In this document: positions 57,423 through 64,000 of the stretch, in pieces
Numbering within the stretch: position 1 is the first letter of the stretch
How the letters are laid out: each line of letters starts with the position of its first letter
Assembly (NCBI RefSeq): GCF_009914755.1
Contig: NC_060947.1
From: the human T2T-CHM13v2.0 reference genome, Homo sapiens
DNA: 64,000 bases
Reading direction: 5' to 3' (one strand)
The notes under the pieces: generated by a model
Told to the model about the DNA's origin: nothing
Seen by the model: the letters and a program-made list of their open reading frames with translations, nothing else
The model's database searches: none
Program-made: the position numbers and the translations under genes

Positions 57423-58271
57423 TAAGCAAAGCAAAGGAAACTACAACAGATGTGGGAAATAATTTTAAACTGAATACCAAATATTACCTAACCCACAGCC
57501 TACAGAGAAAGCAGTTACCTCTAACCTTTCATGGAGGGTAGGAGAGCCGTCTCAGTTTCCATTCTTACCTCACAGATCTTTTTTTTTAAATAATAATAAT
57601 AGCTACCATTTATTGAGCACCTACTCTACTGTGTGCCATAAGAGGACTTTACTTTTCAATTTTCTGCAGACAAGTCTCCATACTTCCGTTAGGAACTCCT
57701 GCCTCCTTCTCAAAGGATCTGATCTTGCTCTTGGATTCATCAGTCTTCCTTCTCCACTAAGAGTTGCCCACTTTAGAATAACTCCCTAATGGCTCCCACA
57801 CAACAGCATAAGGTGGGCTTTGGCAAGCTGAGTCTTGTTTCATTTAAGACCTTTACACTGCAGTGAGCTGTAATGAGCGGAGCCCACGCACCCCTCCTAA
57901 CCTTCCACTAAAACACTTACTTTCAGGGATAGCACAATCTTAATACATAAGGAAAAAGAAGCATTTTCCTGACTTCTCCATAAATTAAAAGACTGCTTAA
58001 GCATACAGGAAAGCTAGTACTGTACACTTATTATGCAGATCAGGTATAGTTATTTATTCATACCATAGCTGCTTTCAAATGGGCTCACTACTGAGCTATA
58101 TAGATCTTGTGATGGCTGTTTTCTGAGCTACACAAACACCTGGCTCCAAGTTTGAAGTTTCTGTTTGTATGAGTCTGATTAGGTGTTTAGATAGTGCTAC
58201 TTGTATCTTCTACAATACCTACTGGTTGAATGACTGATTGATTTTAATTATTTTTTCAGAATTAGTAATGG

Positions 58272-58985
58272 ATTTTTAATAAACTTTATTTTTAGAACAG
58301 TTTTGGTTTGCAGAAAAATTTTGAAGATAGTAGAGAGTTACGTATACCTATATCCAGTTTACCCTATTAAAATCTTACATCAGTATGGCACATTTGCTAC
58401 AGCTGATGAAGCAATATTGATACATCATCATTAACTAAGGCTCATGTTTTATTCAGATTTTCGGAATTTTTACCTAATGTCCTTATTCTGTTCCAGGATC
58501 CCACGCAGTCTTCATGTCTCCTTAGGCTCCTTTTGGCTGTAACATTTTTTCAGATTTTCTTTGTTTATGATGATCTTGTCAGTTTTAAAGAGTACTGGTT
58601 GGACATTTCGTAGAAAGTCCATAACTGGGATTTGTCTGATATTTTTTACTGATTAGACTGGGGTTCTGTATTTTTGGGAGGAGTGCCATTCTCATAACAT
58701 CATATAAAGGGTATATACTATCAACATAACTTATCATTGTTGATGTTGACCTTGATCACCTGGCTGAAGTAGTGACTGTCAGATTTCTCCACCATAAAGT
58801 CACATTTTTTTCTCCCTTTCCATACTGCATGCCCATATTTAAGGAATCAGGAATTATGTTCCACCTCCTTGAAGGTATTTACAAAAATTATTTAGAATTT
58901 TTCTGCCCTTTAAGATTTGTCTCTTCCTTCCTTCATTTATGTGTTTATTTATTCAATAATTTATTTGTATTTGTATGGATTCATG
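58272..58985 (-). mobile_element. L1MC 3' end
   Basis: aataaactttatttttagaacagtttt...tcttacatcagtatggcacatttg...gatcacctggctgaagtagtg. Confidence 0.8.
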
Positions 58986-59664
58986 GTAATGAATTTTTAG
59001 CTAAACAGCTCCAATCTTATTTTTGGCCAGTGGCATGAATTTCTGTCACAAACTATGGCTAGCCCTATAGTTCCTAAGCACAGAAAAGAGTAAAACCAAT
59101 AGCTACATACAGAATTTGTTTCACTATTGGTCTATTCATCTATCTCTTTCCATTTCCTTATCTAATTTTTTGTCTAATTTTTCACCAAAAGAATAATTCA
59201 GTAACATTAAAAAATTCAAACATAAAAGAGCACACAGTGAAAATTGCTTTCCACCTTTTCATGTTTTTATATCCCTCTTCAGCGGCAACTCCTGTTAACT
59301 GTTACTGATGTTTTTTTCAGACGTTTTCAATGCATTTATTAGCAAATAGCTATCATTCTGCTTCTTTATACTCTAAGGAAAAAGGCCAGGAAAGGGACAG
59401 CAGGGCAACAAAAGGAAATAAGAAAGGGGAGGGCAGGAGCAAACCAAAGATTATGAGGTTAATCATAGAATTCTTAATTCAGTTACTACATTTGCTTGGC
59501 AAACAATTCACTTTTCCAAGATTTTTTTCTGGTGTAGTTTTCCCACTATTGTGAGTTTCAACCCCTGATGATCAAGCAGTGTGGGTATATTACTTAAGTT
59601 TTTTAGTTGAAAACAAGTAAATCCCCTCTGCCCAGTTTAAGCAGAAGAGTTTATTTGAAGGTAT

Positions 59665-60195
59665 TAGGTGGTATGATTTTTATGGCCCCAATTGTCTCCA
59701 TCCCTAATCTTGTCTTTTGGACATGTGACTTTGTAGTTTCTCTCACTAAGGATAATATCTATATGTCCCTTGATTCTGAGGTTGACTATGTGACTTGCTT
59801 TGGTGAAGGAGATGTTAGTGGATATGAAGCACATAGAGGCTTGAAAAAGCATGTGCACACTTCTACTTCTGTTTTTGTTCCTCTGTCAACTTCAGGAAGA
59901 TGACAAGAGCCAAAGCTAGCCTGCTGGAGGATGAGAGACATGTGGTACAGAGCCAAGTCATGAAAGTTACCCAAGCTGAAGCTATCTTGGATTGTCTAAC
60001 AGCCACTTGATCTCCAGGCATTTAGGCAAGCTGAATTGCAGCTGACTATAGATATATTAGCAAACCCAGCCAAAATCAGCCAAGGCCAGGCCATCTGAAC
60101 TCTGTAGATTTATGGGATAACTAAATGCTTATTTTTGTATGTCACTGAAATTATAGGGCTGTTGTGCATCATTTTATGGCAACAAATAACTGAGG
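59665..60195 (+). mobile_element. MLT1-type LTR
   Basis: tatgtgacttgctttgg...aagctagcctgctggaggatgagagacatgtgg...aaatgcttattttt. Confidence 0.65.
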
Positions 60196-62689
60196 ATGGT
60201 ACTTCAAGGAATTTCTGGGAGAGGCAGAGAACGTGGTTTGGATGCTACATGGCCAGAAGTACCAGTAATCACACTGCAGGATGTTTCTAGCAAACACTTT
60301 GCCCCTGCTGCCTCATGGTGCTCAGCATCTGTCATTCTGGAGAATAGCTATTAGAACCTTCACCAGTGCTCTCCAAATGAACTGAATGCCTTGAACTCAC
60401 TGCTTGAAAGAATCACTGACATCCAGCACAAAGTTCACATTCTCATTCCAGTCATCCCGTGGATGCATCTGACTACTAGATTATAAACCACAATTAGAAC
60501 TCTAGCTGCAAGGGAGTCTGGAAAGTGTGAGTGAGTGTGTGTGTGTGTGTGTGTGTGTTTAGCTTTCTAGCATCTGCAGTACAAGAAGGCCTGCTAGAAG
60601 GGGTTTGGAGAAAGTGTGAGTCATTCTCCAGTATCAGCCATGGAGGCATAGACAAAAGAACTCAACTTCCCGATCCCCTGAGTTTCTTCTATCTCTGCAT
60701 AGAGATGGTCAAGGTGTTGACAGGACTTAGAATCCCGAGGGGAGGACCCCTGGACCCTTTGACTACTCTACACAGAACTTGACATGGCAGTTTTAGCTCT
60801 AGAAAAGCAGTTTCATTCTGATATTAATGACTAGGGGTACTCCTTGTTTTTCCTCCCTTGGCATTTGGCAAAGTGAGTAGCCAGGTGAAACAACACTTTA
60901 TTCTAATTACGTTGGACACTATAAACAAGGAGTTTGACCTCATTTCACGTTCTCTAAAGCTGAGTAAAAGGTTATAGTAAAAACACTTAGAGAAGTATAT
61001 TGTATATTCTTATATAGGGAGAATATAAAGGAAGAAAGAAATCTCTGTCTGCCCCATATTCATATGCCAATTCCCTTTGATCTAAGTATCCTAAATACCT
61101 AAAAGGTGATCATATTAGGCTGATACATTGTAAACTCACCCTTGCTCTTTAACCCTACTCCCACCACAAGCTAGAATGGTTGTCTGCAGTGTCTGGTCTG
61201 GGACACATGTCATTAACTGATTGATAGAAGACATTTCCACAAAACGAAAAGGCTTTGGATATAGATGTATTTATTTGTAAAGTGCCACTTGTAATATTGG
61301 CCACATGAAACCTTTATTTGTTCTCCTCTATTTTTCTTCTGAAGACCTTGTTCTAGCTAAATATTTGCTGAAACATTTTTGTAACCTTTTTGTGTTTTAA
61401 CTTAATAGGCAAAGCCATGCTGTTGTTGACACTAAAAGCACGGAAAAGAATTACATTTGGGCAGTATTTTAAGGGGTGCTTTTAAATTAATCTGGGTGAG
61501 AAATTAAGTATACCTCGTATCTGTATAGATAATATCTGAATCCTTGACTGGTTACCAGTAAAAGTAGGAGAAAATCCACTGGAATATATATATGCTTCTG
61601 AAGAGCATATGGTCTGTGAACATTCCCAACAGTGGAACATGACCAGAGCATTTACTGGGAGGATCAAAAGATATTCTGATGTTGCCAGGATGCTATTTGG
61701 CCCATGTGGATTTGCGCATTCAATCAGTAGGTTTAATATCCTTTGTAATCAATGAAAAAATCTGAATAAGAAATAATAGTCCATTCAGCTCACAGGGAAT
61801 TTGTGATAACCACTCATTATTATTGTTATTTCCTGAAGTAGTTTACCTTGTATTTTACCAAAAATATTTGGGACGAGGTCTGAAACTTCTGCTCACCAAG
61901 GTGCCAAACTGGCATCAAGACTTCAGGCCATGGAAAATCTACCTCCACAGATGGAGTCAAATCTGTGGAGGTAGCTTTTCCTCCTACACCTCTCACTGCA
62001 GCTCCCACTACTCCTCTCCCTGTAGAATCGTCTCCTCCAGCCAATTGGTAGAACTACTGGACTCTAGTGATATCATATACATTTCTATATTTTTTCTGTA
62101 CCCTTTGCCATGCCTAGAGGACCTCCCTGGCTCTCTCTTGGCATCTATGATCTGCCTGGATGAGATCAAGATAAAACTTAGCCATAAATCCAGAATTCTT
62201 GTGGTTTGCTCAGCCTTTGCCCACCATTCTCTTCTCTGAACTTCTACCATGTTTATATCTAGCATCTAGGCTAGCCCTTCTGTGCCCCCAATATGTCTAC
62301 TCATAGCTAAAATGTTAGTTTCTGGAGGATAGACCGATTTGCAATTCTGTGTATCCCCATTCCCTACATCAGTGCCATATGGATACAATAAATACTCAGT
62401 TGATGGAATATGATGCCTAGAACATCTAGCACAAAAACCACAATGTTTAAGGAGCAAAATTCCTTGCATTTACCTGGAGCTTCCTTCACAGGCCCACCTG
62501 ACTACTGACTTCATTCTTATTCTTAAAAGGGTCACATGATCCCTTTCTTACAAAGGTCACATGATTATTTTACTGCTTCCCTCCAGTAATAGAGAGGAAA
62601 GGGCTCTGTATTGGTCTTTCATCTCAATTTTCTCCTTGTGCTTTCTGTGCATGAGGTGCCAAAGCAGTGTGGCCCTTGATCTACTCGCT

Positions 62690-62875
62690 TGACTGATTCT
62701 ATTGTTTAATCGCCACAACAACCCTAAGAGTAAGTGCCATTATTATTCCAATTTGGAGATATGGAAACTGTCATGGAGAAGTTAAGTAACGTATTATCTC
62801 AAGCTATTAACTGGAGGAGCCAAGATTCAAACCAAGACATTACGGCTCCCAGGTCTGTGCTGTTAACTCCTATAT
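62690..62875 (-). mobile_element. MIR
   Basis: tttaatcgccacaacaaccctaagag...tattattccaatttggagatatggaaactg...gagccaagattcaaaccaag. Confidence 0.75.
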
Positions 62876-64000
62876 GAAACTGTCTTTCCTGATGCCCAGG
62901 TATTCCATTAGATGATCCTTGAAACCTCAGAGTTTCTTGGGTCAGAAAGTTTAAGTAAACGGAAGAAATTACAGATCCGGGAACCTCTTCTGTTATTCTC
63001 ATTGTGCTACCAAGAATCCCACAACATCCTCTTGGTGGAAGAAACAAATGATTAGGAATTTAGTATATGATATTCCCTCAAGGCTGCAAAATACAGTACT
63101 TCAGAATTATTCACATCATTAAGATCAAATCTGGTCTATAAGTAAATGCAGATTCAGGATGTGAATTCACACTAAGTAAAGTACAGTGGTTGGAATTCTG
63201 CTATTGCCACTTACCAGTTATAATATGGGTATGTTACTTTACCTCTTTTATCTGGCACTTAGTAAATACTAAATAAGTATTAACTACTATTTCTATACCA
63301 CAATATTTCCCTGTTTCTCTAGCCATCTATGCTTCCTTACAACAAAGCACAGTGTAAAGCTCTTTGCCTCCACCTCATTGGATTAAATAAACAGGTCTGT
63401 AAATATAAGAGGGAACAATAATAGTGAAAAAATTGGATACTCAAGAAGTCTAGATGATCAGAGTGACTTTGTTTCTTTTGTTAATGAAAGGATGAGTTGG
63501 ACGGAAAAGGAGTGAGTCACACTGACAACGAAATGCTACCAATTTAGGATTTGATTCATTATTTTATGACCGTTGCTTGTTTCCTGATGCTATTCATTGC
63601 TTATTCATTGGAGGAACAATAATCCCATTTTGGCTTTTGTGGTTTTATAGCTGAGACATCCACTTTGAAGCACATTAGCTACACCTCTCCCTCTCCCTAC
63701 TACTTCATCACCATCTCAAACATCAGAAAATCAAATTTTGAAAATTGCCCAGAAGTATTGGGTGTACAAAAACATTGGTTTCTCCTTTGGAAGTTCTTCC
63801 TGTGAGGGTTTAAGCATGGGGATTTTATAGAGGAGATGAACATCAGGGATATTTGTGGCAATGTCACTTCCCTTCTCTTAAAATGGTGTTGGATGGAGAG
63901 CCTCCGAGGTAAAGATTCTCAAATTGTCTGCAGTTATAATGTCCAAATATTCGGGAGAAAATCCCATATGGCAAGCAATAAAACAAAATTATTATGACTT

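Noticed and set aside
61823-62239. 138-aa + strand ORF
   Set aside because: Non-ATG start, no recognisable domain, no convincing splice boundaries.

Overview
Primate, most likely human, genomic DNA. The window is AT-rich and dominated by interspersed repeats: Alu, L1, L2, MIR, MaLR/ERV LTRs, hAT elements and Tigger DNA transposons. I can support no intact protein-coding exon with high confidence, and most ORFs in the track are repeat or low-complexity artefacts. The main landmarks are a full-length THE1 MaLR (7156-9449), a U6 snRNA/L1 chimeric retrocopy inside an Alu (11692-12413), a near full-length Tigger1 inside MER63 (19269-21656), a 5'-truncated MER41-type provirus (24157-29599), a compound TA-rich VNTR (34021-35430) and a CpG-island promoter at ~47.1-47.8 kb whose gene I could not identify. 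The most unusual item is a decayed orphan exon resembling the zonadhesin (ZAN) D0 TIL exon, with both splice sites (42882-43053, minus strand). It lies in a block that interrupts an L2 next to an inverted copy of nearby DNA, which suggests a complex templated insertion. Repeat subfamily names and the ZAN match come from recalled consensus and protein sequences, not database searches.
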